Of a DNA stretch of 64,000 bases, positions 1-10,364 are shown piece after piece. A program made the translations under genes and the position numbers. A model generated the notes under the pieces. It did not search any database. It was not told where the DNA came from and was given only the letters and a program-made list of their open reading frames with translations. The stretch's first letter is position 1. Each line of letters opens with the position of its first letter. Origin of the DNA: Terriglobia bacterium (GTDB lineage Bacteria > Acidobacteriota > Terriglobia > 20CM-2-55-15); contig CBDCLE010000025.1 of assembly GCA_965218585.1 (NCBI GenBank), positions 96,001-160,000 of the forward strand. The letters run 5' to 3'.

Positions 1-972
1 CACCCGAAACTTGTGGTCCAACACAGAGCAGCGCGACACGGGACCTACGACCACAGTCATACCTTCACCCCGGTCACGATCCAGTCGCGGTTGCGGCCGA
101 TCGTTGGCCTTTTCGACCACCATGAGGGGCCGCGGTGCCGACGGCAAATCCAGATCGTCGATACTGGATCTGTAGTCCTGGAAGGCCGCTTCCAGCTGCT
201 CGGGTTGGGCCACCTGCTTCAGCTTGACCGAGCAGGCCTCCAGATGGCCATCCCGCACATTGACCCGATGCGTCATCGCGCTGATGCGAAACTGATTGTC
301 TTCAAACCTGTCGCCTGACCACGTTCCGAGAATCTTCAGCGGCTCGGTCTCCATCTTCTCGGCTTCCTCACCGCCTGCGATATCGGGAACGACGTTGTCG
401 ACTGCATCCAAAGAAGCGACGCCCGGGTATCCTGCTCCCGACAAAGCCTGCATGGTCACCACATGTACGGCTTCCAGTCCGAACGTACGGTCGAGGGCCG
501 CCAGGGGAATGACCAGTCCGATCGTTGAACAGTTCGGGTTCGTTACGATGAAACCCTTGCCTCCGAAACGCGGCCGTTGCTTATCAAGAGCCTCTATGTG
601 ATCCGCATTGATCTCGGGGACCAGAAGCGGGATATCCGCACCCATGCGATGAGGCGCCGCGTTGCTGATAACGGCGTATCCAGCTTCGGCAAACTCGATT
701 TCGGTCTCACGCGCAATCGAAGATGGAAGTCCCGACAAAACGAAGTCGCAGTCCAGTCCTGGACGGCAGGCCTCGACCGTCATCGACCGAATCGCGTCCG
801 GAATCGGTGACTCGAGTTGCCAATGGGCCGCTTCACTGTACTGTTTCCCGGCCGAGTTGCCCGAAGCGGCCACGGCTCCGATCTCAAACCACGGGTGGTC
901 CTCAAGCATCTGAATCATCCGCTGGCCCACCGTCCCTGTCGCACCTAATATGGCAGTCTTGATCTTCTTCAT
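1..972 (-). CDS. asd: Aspartate-semialdehyde dehydrogenase (archaeal/fungal-like type), runs off the left edge
   Basis: Not in the ORF track. Hand translation from the ATG at 972 gives MKKIKTAILGATGTVGQRMIQMLEDHPWFEIGAVAAS; the same frame reads MTVVVGPVSRCSVLDHKFRV at the window edge. Follows thrB. Confidence 0.93.
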   Translation of the reverse strand, partial: MKKIKTAILGATGTVGQRMIQMLEDHPWFEIGAVAASGNSAGKQYSEAAHWQLESPIPDAIRSMTVEACRPGLDCDFVLSGLPSSIARETEIEFAEAGYAVISNAAPHRMGADIPLLVPEINADHIEALDKQRPRFGGKGFIVTNPNCSTIGLVIPLAALDRTFGLEAVHVVTMQALSGAGYPGVASLDAVDNVVPDIAGGEEAEKMETEPLKILGTWSGDRFEDNQFRISAMTHRVNVRDGHLEACSVKLKQVAQPEQLEAAFQDYRSSIDDLDLPSAPRPLMVVEKANDRPQPRLDRDRGEGMTVVVGPVSRCSVLDHKFRV

Positions 973-1001
973 GGCTTCAAACTCTTCAACACGGTTCCCA
1001 C

Positions 1002-1916
1002 TCATTCGGTGAGAAAACGCCGTCCTTCAGTATCGATCCCGGAAACTCTTAAAGACGCCTCCACACCACTCTGTCCGAACAACTTGACAATCTCCCTGCC
1101 GACGGTCTCAGCCGACTGGGGCACGGTGAAACCGAGAACTGTCGGCCCTGCTCCACTCAAGGCGATGCCGGCGAGTCCGTCGATCTTCATCTCCAGGATT
1201 TTCTCAAATCCTGGAATCAACGGTGCCCTGTACGGCTGATGGACCCGATCTCTCATGGCTTCTGAAAGCATCGTCCAATCTCCGCTCGTCAACGCAGCGA
1301 CAATCAGCGCCGACCGCTGGATGTTGAAAACAGCATCCCCTCGTGAGTAACGCTCCGGCAGCACCTCACGAGCCTTCTGGGTCGAGAGTTCGAACTCCGG
1401 AATCACCAGAACCGGTGTTATTCCATCGGAAACACTCATCGTGGACGACATGGCCTGCCCGTTCTCGCCAACAGCGGAGACCGTGAGCCCTCCGAGGAGC
1501 CCGGCAGCCAGATTGTCCGGATGGGGTTCGAACTCCATCGCACAATCGAAAATCTCTCGCTCCGACAAAGACTCCCCTGCAACTATCTCGTAACAGGAGA
1601 TCCCGGCAAGAATCGCCGTCGCACTGCTTCCCAATCCTCGCGCCAACGGTATTTCATTCTCGACTTTCAGGAGTACCGGTGCTAATTGCCGGCCACGCCG
1701 TTCGGCCACAGCCTCCATCACCTGGACAATCAGGTTTTCCCTACCTTCGGGCATCTTCTCGTTGTCAACGCCCCTGGCAACGACACCGGTCGAACTCGCT
1801 GCTTCGACTTCTACCCTCAGGTAGATTCGAAGCGCCAGGCTCAATGCGTCGAAGCCGGGGCCCAGGTTCGACGTGCTCGCTGGCACCCGGACACCGATCG
1901 GTCTACTCACAGTCAT
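1002..1916 (-). CDS. thrB: Homoserine kinase
   Basis: VPASTSNLGPGFD, GHMP motif IPLARGLGSSA, HPDN and LSGAGP. Confidence 0.96.
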   Translation of the reverse strand: MTVSRPIGVRVPASTSNLGPGFDALSLALRIYLRVEVEAASSTGVVARGVDNEKMPEGRENLIVQVMEAVAERRGRQLAPVLLKVENEIPLARGLGSSATAILAGISCYEIVAGESLSEREIFDCAMEFEPHPDNLAAGLLGGLTVSAVGENGQAMSSTMSVSDGITPVLVIPEFELSTQKAREVLPERYSRGDAVFNIQRSALIVAALTSGDWTMLSEAMRDRVHQPYRAPLIPGFEKILEMKIDGLAGIALSGAGPTVLGFTVPQSAETVGREIVKLFGQSGVEASLRVSGIDTEGRRFLTE

Positions 1917-3331
1917 TCCAATAAGGCCGCCCTCGCTCCGAAAACATGCTCCGGAGCCGGCTGCCCTGTCCAGATTTCAAACTGACGCGCGGCCTGGGAA
2001 ACAAACATTTCTGTGCCCGCCACCACCTGTTTCCCTTGCCTTTCGGCCTCGCTTAACAAGCGGGTAAGCGGTGGGCTGTAGACCATGTCGAAAACAAGGT
2101 CGGCATGGATCGTGCCTCGGATCGGCATCGCGTCAACGTCGGGAGTCATGCCCACAGGTGTCGCATTCACTAGAAGGTCCTCTTCATGTCTGGAGTAATT
2201 CTCGAGACGATCCACCTTCACGGGGCGAGACCAGTCCAGAGTTCCAGCCTCCATGCTTCGCGATAGCACAGTCACCGATTCCGCAGACTCCAGCGCCGCA
2301 ACGGCTGCCCGGGCCGCACCACCGGTGCCCAGGACGATCACCTTCTTGCCACGAACGTCGAATCCTTTGAGTGCTTCGCGTATTCCGTACACGTCCGTGT
2401 TGTCGCCTTTCCATCTGCCTTCGTCGCGAAACACGGTGTTCACTGCGCCTACGGCCGAAGCTTCCGGTGTTACATCGTCCAGGTACCGCATGACCTCCAC
2501 CTTGTGCGGAATCGTGACTGAGAAACCTTCGATCCCGATACGTTCCGCATTCTCAAAAAAGTCGTCCACACTCTCCACGGAAAACTTCATGTAAACATAA
2601 TCAAGTCCCGCGGCGCCGAACGCCTTGTTGTGCAACGACGGCGATCTTGAATGGTCCACCGGATTTCCCACGATTCCAATAAGACGCGTCGAAGACGCGA
2701 TCTCACGGAATCGATAGGTGCCAAGCAATTCCCCCAGGCCAAGTTGACCTGGGGCGGAGGGCTGTCCGGCCGACGTGTACGTCAAAGCGCTGCCTCGACA
2801 TGGTCCGACGATCCTCGTGATCTGCCCGAGAACCCCCATCCCGATGACAATCACCGGCTTCGGCCACGGTTCGTCGAGCAGATCAAGGAGCCTTCGGTTG
2901 TCTGACCATGTCCGGACCGACGTCGCGATCTTGGCCACAGACGCTGGACTCTGACAGACTGCGTCCAGCAGTTCCCGAAGATCCTCCGGGGTCGAATCGA
3001 AGTCGTGATACGAGCTGATTATGCCGGCCGAGGAAAACTGCTTCGCAAACCGGTAATCCAGATCCACCCAGCGGGCTCCGTTCCGAACAGCCTGCTCAAG
3101 TATTTTCAGCTGGTCGTCCCTCGACCCAGCAAACAGACCGCCTTCGGCGCGGCCCCGGCACGTGGCGATCGCGGGAACCGGCAGGTCGCCCCATCTGATC
3201 TCTCCAGATGCCTCTGGATCGTCAAGGTAGTCCAGGCGTACCTCGACGCAGTCCGCCCCATCCGTGGCCGAGGCAACGACTTCGGCTACGTCCTTAGGTG
3301 TCAGGGAAACACAGACAGATCCCGGGAACAT
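1913..3331 (-). CDS. aroE: Bifunctional type I 3-dehydroquinate dehydratase / shikimate dehydrogenase (AroD-AroE fusion)
   Basis: EVRLDYL, SYHDF and SAPGQL (DHQase I); HSRSP, SVTIPHK, GAVNT, DNTD, GTGGAA and NATPVGM (SDH). Start moved to ATG 3331 just after the cysK stop. Confidence 0.93.
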   Translation of the reverse strand: MFPGSVCVSLTPKDVAEVVASATDGADCVEVRLDYLDDPEASGEIRWGDLPVPAIATCRGRAEGGLFAGSRDDQLKILEQAVRNGARWVDLDYRFAKQFSSAGIISSYHDFDSTPEDLRELLDAVCQSPASVAKIATSVRTWSDNRRLLDLLDEPWPKPVIVIGMGVLGQITRIVGPCRGSALTYTSAGQPSAPGQLGLGELLGTYRFREIASSTRLIGIVGNPVDHSRSPSLHNKAFGAAGLDYVYMKFSVESVDDFFENAERIGIEGFSVTIPHKVEVMRYLDDVTPEASAVGAVNTVFRDEGRWKGDNTDVYGIREALKGFDVRGKKVIVLGTGGAARAAVAALESAESVTVLSRSMEAGTLDWSRPVKVDRLENYSRHEEDLLVNATPVGMTPDVDAMPIRGTIHADLVFDMVYSPPLTRLLSEAERQGKQVVAGTEMFVSQAARQFEIWTGQPAPEHVFGARAALLE

Positions 3332-3332
3332 T

Positions 3333-4256
3333 TCAAGCAAACAACTCCGTGCTGAGGTAGCGCTCCCCGGTATCACACATGATTGCGAGGACTCTCTTTC
3401 CGGATCCGAATTCACGAGACACTTCCATCGCAACGTGGAGGATTGCACCTGAAGAAATCCCGACCAGGATGCCTTCCTTTTCTGCCAGAAGGCGTGCCTG
3501 CCGACGGGCATCCATGTAACGGACCGGTACGATGTGATCGACGACGTCAAGATTGAGAACTTCAGGTACAAAACCAGCGCCAATACCCTGAATCGGGTGA
3601 GGTGCCGGAGCACCTCCGGAAAGTACCGGAGAGTCGCTGGGTTCGATCGCATAGAGCTGCAGTTGCGGGAGTTCTGCTTTGAGCGCTTCACCCGTGCCGG
3701 TGGCCGTTCCTCCGGTTCCGATACCAACAACCAGCGCGTCCAGCTCCCCGCTTACAGCATCAAGGATTTCGCGTGCCGTCGTTCGCCGGTGGGCGTCAGG
3801 ATTCGCTTCGTTACGAAACTGATGGGGCATAAAATAGCCCGGGTTTTCCCGAACGAGATCCTCAGCCTTGTCTATAGCTCCCTGCATGACATCGTTTCTC
3901 GGCGTCACGACAATTTCTGCTCCAAAAGCTCTCAGAAGGTTCAACCGTTCGATGCTCATGTCTTCGGGCATGGTCAGGATCACCTTGTAGCCCTTTGAGG
4001 CAGCGACCATGGCAAGACCCACACCTGTGTTGCCGCTGGTCGGCTCTACGATGGTGCCACCGGGCTTCAGTCGCCCGTCCCGCTCGGCCGCTTCGATCAT
4101 GCTGAGCCCAATCCGGTCCTTCACGCTGCCGCCGGGATTGAAAAATTCCAGTTTGACCAGAAGGTCTGCCCATCCCGGCTCCGAAAGCCGGTTGAGCCGC
4201 ACAACCGGCGTATTCCCGACCAACTCGCAAATGCTGTCGTAAATCCGGTTCGACAT
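3333..4256 (-). CDS. cysK: Cysteine synthase A
   Basis: NPGGSVKDRI (PLP lysine), EPTSGNTG, GTGGT and IQGIGAG. ATG 4256 is preceded by AAGAGG. Confidence 0.96.
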   Translation of the reverse strand: MSNRIYDSICELVGNTPVVRLNRLSEPGWADLLVKLEFFNPGGSVKDRIGLSMIEAAERDGRLKPGGTIVEPTSGNTGVGLAMVAASKGYKVILTMPEDMSIERLNLLRAFGAEIVVTPRNDVMQGAIDKAEDLVRENPGYFMPHQFRNEANPDAHRRTTAREILDAVSGELDALVVGIGTGGTATGTGEALKAELPQLQLYAIEPSDSPVLSGGAPAPHPIQGIGAGFVPEVLNLDVVDHIVPVRYMDARRQARLLAEKEGILVGISSGAILHVAMEVSREFGSGKRVLAIMCDTGERYLSTELFA

Positions 4257-4616
4257 GGTTCCTCTTCTTATGATTATGTTCTCCAGCAGGTTTTCGGGCA
4301 CTCACCCACTGCGACGCCCAATCACGAGTGCGGAAACTTCTCACGATATCACAAATCGGGCTCAAACGGTTCAATTCATTAGTAGATAGCCGTCGCCAGA
4401 CCACCTCCGCCCGGGGATCTTGATCCAGACAGCTCTGCGGAACAGAATGTGCGCAATATTTGCGCGCATTCAACTATCGCCATTCTCCTCCAGGGTGAAA
4501 TCGTCCAAGCTGAATTCCCTCGGACCCTCCCGACCCCTTTCGGGGGAAACAGCTATGGGTTCGGGAGTCACACCTATCCCACCACAGGATCTTGAGTTCC
4601 CAAATCAACCAAGTGT

Positions 4617-4629
4617 TATCAATATGTTG
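4617..4629 (+). promoter_or_regulatory. Candidate IHF site upstream of the LysM gene
   Basis: TATCAATATGTTG matches WATCAANNNNTTR exactly. Confidence 0.35.
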
Positions 4630-4664
4630 ACTCCCACCCGGCCTTCTGTTAGAAAGGGGGCCTT

Positions 4665-5758
4665 ATGAAGAAATTCCTCACGTTGACGGCCTTGATAATG
4701 CTCGTGTCTGCAACGGGAAGCGGGCAACAGGGGCCCCTTCCTGAGCAGGGAGCACCTCCGAGCGAATTGACCGAGCGGGACGGATTCGTGAGCGCAAACA
4801 ATGCGCCCATCACTACAGAGAACTTCGAAGTACATGTCGTCGAAGAGGGTGACACTCTCTGGGACATTGCCAGGCGCTATCTGAACAACTCCTTCCTGTG
4901 GCCGCAGCTTTGGGAATCCAACGAACACATTATCAATCCGCATTGGATCTATCCGCAGGACCAGATCTTAATCCGGGCTATCACCCAGATAACCCAAGCA
5001 GTTGAGCCACAAGCTCCGGAACCGGTAGTGGATGCCGAGCCAGAGCCGGAACCGGTAGCTCAGGTTCGATTGCCGGCGACACCTCAGCTGACACCAGAGT
5101 CAGCTCCCGCCCCGCCTCCGGTCATCTTTGAACTACCGGATCTCCGCGAGAGATCAGCAGTACACGTGAGAGCGTGGGAGACCTGGGAATGCACTACCTG
5201 AAAATCGGCCAGATGCGTGCCGTAATGGTGCAACCGGAGTTTTCGATGGCGCGTGTGGTCCATGCCTGTGATGGGATTGAAATCGGCGACACGATCATTG
5301 CCTTTGAGGAAATAGATTTTCCGGAACTCCCTGCGGACCGTCCCTTTAATTCGATGATGCCGAGCACGGGGAAGACTACTGGAGCAATAGTGATGTCGCG
5401 CGACACGTTGTTGAATTCAGGGTCACCGCTGTTTGGGGGGACAACCGTGGTACCCGGTGTTAGCGGCGGGCGACTTGGAGGGATCTCAAGTGGAGTCGTA
5501 GCCGAGGGGCAGGTCGTCTACATCGACCTCGGTGATCGAGACGGAATCCAGACGGGAAATCTCTTCTTGATTTACCGCCCACTGAACGCGGACTCACCGC
5601 TCCACCCACTCTCAGGAGAAGCAGCCAGGCTGCTGGCTGGGCAGAGGGAAGTCATCGGGGAGCTCGTTGTACTCAAGGTTCGAGAACGATCCGCAACTGC
5701 TCTGATTACTTTTACTTCGGGTGCCGTTTTCGCGGGTTCTTCGATCGAGCTCCGTTAG
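4665..5758 (+). pseudogene. Exported LysM-domain protein with C-terminal FlgT-C-like beta domain(s), split into ORFs 4665..5201 and 5174..5758
   Basis: Signal peptide; LysM HVVEEGDTLWDIA...WPQLW...NPHWIYP; Pro-rich linker; frame change near 5140-5175; C-terminal VYIDLGDRDGIQTGNLFLIYRP. Confidence 0.7.
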
Positions 5759-6554
5759 ACGGCACCCTGCCTGCCTGCACGACGCGAATAAAGAAAAACG
5801 CCCCGATGAGCAGCATGGGAAGACTGAGAAGCTGACCCCGGGTCAGCGGTCCCATATCCAAGCCGATGTGTGCATCGGGGGAGCGCAGGAACTCGACCAT
5901 AAACCGGACCAGCCCGTATCCGGAGATCAACCCCCATAAGGCCGCTCCCGGATGGAAAGACCGGTTGTAGATCCACCGCACAAACAGAAATAGAACAAGT
6001 CCTTCCAGCAAAGCTTCATACAATTGCGACGGGTGACGCCCCACGTTCCCGCCCCCGGGGAAGACCATCGCCCATGGCAGGGAAGTTTCGCGGCCATAAA
6101 GCTCACCGTTAATGAAGTTTCCGATGCGTCCCAACCCCAATCCGATGGGAACGGCAAGCGCAATCATGTCGCCAACTTGCCAGAAATCCCAGCGCCTGCG
6201 CCTCACGACCAGCACGGCTGCCAGCGTCGTACCGAGCAGGCCGCCATGAAAGGACATCCCCCCCTCCCAGATCGCGACAATAGACAAGGGATCCTGAATG
6301 TATGCCCCCAGGTCATAGATCAATACGTACCCGAATCGCCCACCCAGCATGACACCCAGGATGAGATAAAACAGCAGATCGTAAAGATCGTCTCTGGACA
6401 AGGACAGTCGTCCCTGCCTTACCACACTTTTCATGACGAAATAGGCAGCGACAAACCCCAACATGTACATCAGTCCGTACCAGCGGAGTTGGAGTGGCCC
6501 GATTTCAAAAAAGACAGGATCAATTCCGTGAAAGGGAAGCTGAAGTAGCATCAT
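5712..6554 (-). CDS. lgt: Prolipoprotein diacylglyceryl transferase
   Basis: RWYGLMY, GGMSFHGG, GRIGNFINGELYGR and RHPSQLYE. Start overlaps the upstream stop (ATGA). Confidence 0.96.
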   Translation of the reverse strand: MMLLQLPFHGIDPVFFEIGPLQLRWYGLMYMLGFVAAYFVMKSVVRQGRLSLSRDDLYDLLFYLILGVMLGGRFGYVLIYDLGAYIQDPLSIVAIWEGGMSFHGGLLGTTLAAVLVVRRRRWDFWQVGDMIALAVPIGLGLGRIGNFINGELYGRETSLPWAMVFPGGGNVGRHPSQLYEALLEGLVLFLFVRWIYNRSFHPGAALWGLISGYGLVRFMVEFLRSPDAHIGLDMGPLTRGQLLSLPMLLIGAFFFIRVVQAGRVPSNGARSKNPRKRHPK

Positions 6555-7108
6555 TCGGCCCGGACACTTTCTCCAAACACCAGGGCCTCGAAAGAAAAAA
6601 TCTGAGCTCCCTCCTGCCAGGCCTCTCGGGAAAGCCCTGCCTTCACGCACGTCTCGGAGAGAAATTCTGCTCGATCCCAACCGTACTCGGTCGCGACTTG
6701 GGGCAGCAGGAGACCCCTCCGTCCATCCTTTTCGACCAACAACCCGTGTCGACCAACCTCGAGTTTGTCCGGTGCCTCAACCTTTTGCAGAACAGACAAA
6801 ACGGAGATCTCGAACCTCAGCCCCTCAAGCTCTTCGATCCTGACCGGGGGGAACCGGGGGTCAGACACAGCGGCCGAAACGGCGCATTCGGCGGTCACCT
6901 CATAAAGAGGCCCTTCCGACTCGATACGTCCGATACAACCACGGAGTTGGGCCTCGCGATGAATAGATACAAAGACTCCGCACTCGGTGCTTAACGAAGG
7001 ACTAAGAGCTCCCGATTTTTCGGCGGGGGTGTCTGTCAGATAAGAACGAACGGCTGTGCGGGCGATGCCGAGAAGTAGTCGTCTTTCCTGATTACTGAGT
7101 GGGAGCAT
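6551..7108 (-). CDS. amrA: AMMECR1-domain protein (AmmeMemoRadiSam system protein A)
   Basis: GVFVS, LRGCIG, DPRFPP, EISVLS and GLLLPQVA. Confidence 0.9.
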   Translation of the reverse strand: MLPLSNQERRLLLGIARTAVRSYLTDTPAEKSGALSPSLSTECGVFVSIHREAQLRGCIGRIESEGPLYEVTAECAVSAAVSDPRFPPVRIEELEGLRFEISVLSVLQKVEAPDKLEVGRHGLLVEKDGRRGLLLPQVATEYGWDRAEFLSETCVKAGLSREAWQEGAQIFSFEALVFGESVRAE

Positions 7109-7694
7109 GCCGACCCTGCCTCTTCTTCACGAGAACGTGGCGGCGGCGCTCCTGCTGGGCTTTGAAACGGTGGTCAATCTTAGACCAGAAGGTACGGAAG
7201 TATCCGACAGCGGACCAAAGCGCAAAAAGGACAACCATCCAGAGCGCGATGTTTCCGGCGGCGCTGAAGAAAAATGTGTATTCGCTCCCCAGGATCAACA
7301 GTGTGATTGCAGCAACTTGCGCACCCATCTTCAACTTGCCGAGCTCGGATGCCTCAATCGTAAAGCCCTGAGAGGCAGCAATGCTGCGAAGGCCACTGAC
7401 AGCAAACTCCCGACCGATGATGACAACGACCATCCAGGCTTGGACGATCTGAAGCTCAACGAGCGAAATGAAGGCTGCCGACACCAAGAGCTTGTCGGCG
7501 ACCGGATCCAGGAGCATTCCCAGAGTGGTTACTTCGTTCCTCGACCGGGCAAGATAGCCGTCGAGAAAGTCGGTCATGGACGCCGCGAGAAACACCGCGG
7601 CTGCGATCGACACACTGTACTTCGTCAACAGCAGCGTCACCAGCACCGGTACGAGGAAAATCCTCGATAGCGTCACTGCATTAGGCAGATTCAT
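7092..7694 (-). CDS. pgsA: CDP-diacylglycerol--glycerol-3-phosphate 3-phosphatidyltransferase
   Basis: MNLPNAVTLSRI start and CDP-alcohol motif DFLDGYLAR...GMLLDPVADK. Confidence 0.93.
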   Translation of the reverse strand: MNLPNAVTLSRIFLVPVLVTLLLTKYSVSIAAAVFLAASMTDFLDGYLARSRNEVTTLGMLLDPVADKLLVSAAFISLVELQIVQAWMVVVIIGREFAVSGLRSIAASQGFTIEASELGKLKMGAQVAAITLLILGSEYTFFFSAAGNIALWMVVLFALWSAVGYFRTFWSKIDHRFKAQQERRRHVLVKKRQGRHAPTQ

Positions 7695-7791
7695 AAGGGT
7701 GGCCAGTCTATCAGATTTAAGGACTAATGGACCACGATTCAAGCACCCAATCGGGGCCACGGACCCGTCTGCTGTATTATAAGTGACGGTC

Positions 7792-8826
7792 ATGAAAGGA
7801 CTCATCCTCGCAGGCGGCAAAGGGACGCGGCTCAGGCCGCTTACCTTGAATCTTCCCAAACCGATCGTGCCTGTAGCCAACCGGCCGTTTCTTCTCTACC
7901 AGATCGATCTCATGAAGAGTGCGGGAATTAGCGAAATCATATTGAGCCTGTCCTACCAACCTCGAAAGATTGAAGACCTGCTCAAGGACGGCGCGGATTT
8001 CGACGTTCTTATTCGTTACGCCGTGGAGAGCGCGCCTCTGGGAACGGCTGGGGCGTTTAAAAACGCAGAAGAGTGGATAGAAGGCCCTACGGTAGTCTTC
8101 AATGGAGACGTCCTGACGTCGATCAACCTTCCTGCGGTCATCGAAACCCACCGCCAGAAGAAGTCGGTAGCGACCCTGGTCCTGGCACCCGTTGAGGATC
8201 CGACCGCCTATGGCCTGGTAGAGTCGGACGACTCCGGGCAGATCCATCGGTTTCTCGAAAAGCCGGGGATGGACGAAATTACCTCCAACACGATTAACGC
8301 TGGGATTTACGTCCTCGAACCCTCCGTCCTCGAGGACATGCCAAAGGGAAAACCCTTTTCCTTCGAACGCGAACTGTTTCCGTCTTTATTAGAAAAGGGC
8401 AAACCTATGTATGCGGTCGTTTCGAACGAGTATTGGATCGACATAGGAACGCCCGGGAAATACCTCGAAGTACATCGCGATATCCTCGGCGGAAAGTTCG
8501 CCTCACCCGAGATTCCTCTGACGAAGTTGACGGCTGACACTATTCCCGGCAGCGCCTTTGTCGATAGTGCGTCTCGAGTGGCCGAAGGAGTCACAATCCG
8601 TGAAGGTGTCCGCATCGAGTCATCGGTCATTGGGCCCAACTGCAAAATCGATTCCGGAGCACACATCGTGGACTCGGTGATTTGGTCGGGAAATACGATC
8701 GACGCTGATGCGCGTATTTCAGGCAGCATATTGGCGCGCGGCTGTTACATAGGCCGGTCGGCAATGCTCCAGCCGGGTACTCTGCTCGGCGGCAAGTCCG
8801 TTGTGACGGATTACTCAATCTTGTAG
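7792..8826 (+). CDS. NDP-sugar pyrophosphorylase (mannose-1-phosphate guanylyltransferase family)
   Basis: ILAGGKGTRLRPLT...PKP, FLEKP, INAGIY, WIDIGTP and C-terminal hexapeptide repeats. Confidence 0.9.
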   Translation: MKGLILAGGKGTRLRPLTLNLPKPIVPVANRPFLLYQIDLMKSAGISEIILSLSYQPRKIEDLLKDGADFDVLIRYAVESAPLGTAGAFKNAEEWIEGPTVVFNGDVLTSINLPAVIETHRQKKSVATLVLAPVEDPTAYGLVESDDSGQIHRFLEKPGMDEITSNTINAGIYVLEPSVLEDMPKGKPFSFERELFPSLLEKGKPMYAVVSNEYWIDIGTPGKYLEVHRDILGGKFASPEIPLTKLTADTIPGSAFVDSASRVAEGVTIREGVRIESSVIGPNCKIDSGAHIVDSVIWSGNTIDADARISGSILARGCYIGRSAMLQPGTLLGGKSVVTDYSIL

Positions 8827-8851
8827 GTACTCTTAGATTCCTTCTTCGTCA

Positions 8852-10261
8852 ATGACGATCCGCTTCGGAACCGATGGATGGCGAGCCGTCATAGCCGACG
8901 AGTTCACCTTCGACAACCTGCTTCTCGCATCCCAGGCCACGGCGGACTATTTCCAGACTGTAAACGGGCGCGAACGAACTGTCGTCGTGGGTTACGACGT
9001 TCGTTTTCTGTCTGGGAGGTTCGCCGCCGCCGCTGCCGAGGTCTTCGCCGGTAACGGATTTCGCGTACAGTTGATAGACCGTCCCTACACCACCCCTTAC
9101 GTTTCATTCGAAGTTCGACGCCAGGGCCTCGTGGGTGGCGTTGTTATTACGGCCAGCCATAACCCAGCCACCTTCAACGGCTTCAAGGTAAAGGCGGAAT
9201 ACGGCGGGAGCGCAACTCCCGAAATCACTCGAACCATAGAGGGGCATCTGGGAAAGCATGAGATTCGGACGTCGACAACCGGGATCGATTTGGTCGCGCC
9301 GTCCACGGAGTACTTCGAACATTTGAGATCACTGGTCGACTGGGAGCGAATCGCCGACTCCAATCTCAATGTCGTCGTGGATTCGATGCACGGGAGCGGA
9401 GGGCGGTTACTGGAAGAGATGCTGGCAGCGACGACGGTTAGCGTCGAAACAATTAGAGCTGAACCCGATCCGCTGTTTGGCGGCATCAGCCCTGAGCCTA
9501 TGATGCCTCAGCTAGAGCCCCTCGCGAAGATGGTTCGACAATCGGGCGCAGCAATCGGCCTGGCCACCGACGGAGATGCCGACCGCCTGGGCGTGGTCTC
9601 GAATGACGGGCGCTTTGTCAGCACGCTACAGGTATTGCCCCTTCTCCTACTCCACACCTACCGTACGCTCGGATGGCGGGGCTCGGTCGCCCATACCTTT
9701 TCCCAGAGCCAACTGATCAAACGCATTGCAAGCCGACTCGGCCTGGATGTCATCGAAACGCCGATCGGCTTTAAGAACATCGCCGAGTTGATGCTCAAAG
9801 GTCCGATCCTCATCGGAGGAGAAGAAAGTGGCGGGATCGGTCTGTCTAATCACTTACCTGAGCGAGATGGACTCTTCCTGCACCTGCTCCTGCTCGATCT
9901 GCTCGCTACGTCCGGAAAATCGCTCACTGCATTGATCGGCGATATGTGGGCGGAATTCGGCGAATTCCACTACAATCGTCTCGATTTGCAGATCGACTCG
10001 GAAGCAAGCGAACGGCTCATAAGTACCTTAAAAGAAAAGCCTCCGTCGAATTTAGCCGACCGATCGATCACCGAGATCCGGACGTTGGACGGCCTCAAGC
10101 TGGTACTGGAGGGTGACGGCTGGATCCTGTTCCGCAGATCGGGAACCGAGCCGGTTCTTCGGGTCTACTCTGAAGCGCCGGAGGAAACGGCGGTCACTGA
10201 AATTCTGGAAGCCGGCGTCAAATTGGTGGAACAATTCGCTCCCCCCGGTGTCTCACAATAG
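8852..10261 (+). CDS. Phosphoglucomutase/phosphomannomutase
   Basis: FGTDGWR, TASHNP, DGDADR, GEESGG and RSGTEP. Confidence 0.94.
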   Translation: MTIRFGTDGWRAVIADEFTFDNLLLASQATADYFQTVNGRERTVVVGYDVRFLSGRFAAAAAEVFAGNGFRVQLIDRPYTTPYVSFEVRRQGLVGGVVITASHNPATFNGFKVKAEYGGSATPEITRTIEGHLGKHEIRTSTTGIDLVAPSTEYFEHLRSLVDWERIADSNLNVVVDSMHGSGGRLLEEMLAATTVSVETIRAEPDPLFGGISPEPMMPQLEPLAKMVRQSGAAIGLATDGDADRLGVVSNDGRFVSTLQVLPLLLLHTYRTLGWRGSVAHTFSQSQLIKRIASRLGLDVIETPIGFKNIAELMLKGPILIGGEESGGIGLSNHLPERDGLFLHLLLLDLLATSGKSLTALIGDMWAEFGEFHYNRLDLQIDSEASERLISTLKEKPPSNLADRSITEIRTLDGLKLVLEGDGWILFRRSGTEPVLRVYSEAPEETAVTEILEAGVKLVEQFAPPGVSQ

Positions 10262-10321
10262 AGCACAAGAACTTACAATCCGTGGCAGAAGCTTTCCGGG
10301 CCGCGGGACGAGCATTGCCCC

Positions 10322-10330
10322 TGATATAAT
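10322..10330 (+). promoter_or_regulatory. Extended -10 promoter for the ECF sigma operon
   Basis: TGATATAAT (TGnTATAAT), followed by AAAGGAG and ATG 10365. Confidence 0.5.
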
Positions 10331-10364
10331 TGTGGAACGGCAGAAAGGAGACTCGTATCTCGTA

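Noticed and set aside
13-962. Cluster of short plus-strand ORFs
   Set aside because: Antisense shadows of asd, which the track omitted because it runs off the edge.
3332-3730. N-terminal extension of the AroD-AroE ORF in the track
   Set aside because: It overlaps cysK in another frame; the recognisable domain starts at ATG 3331.
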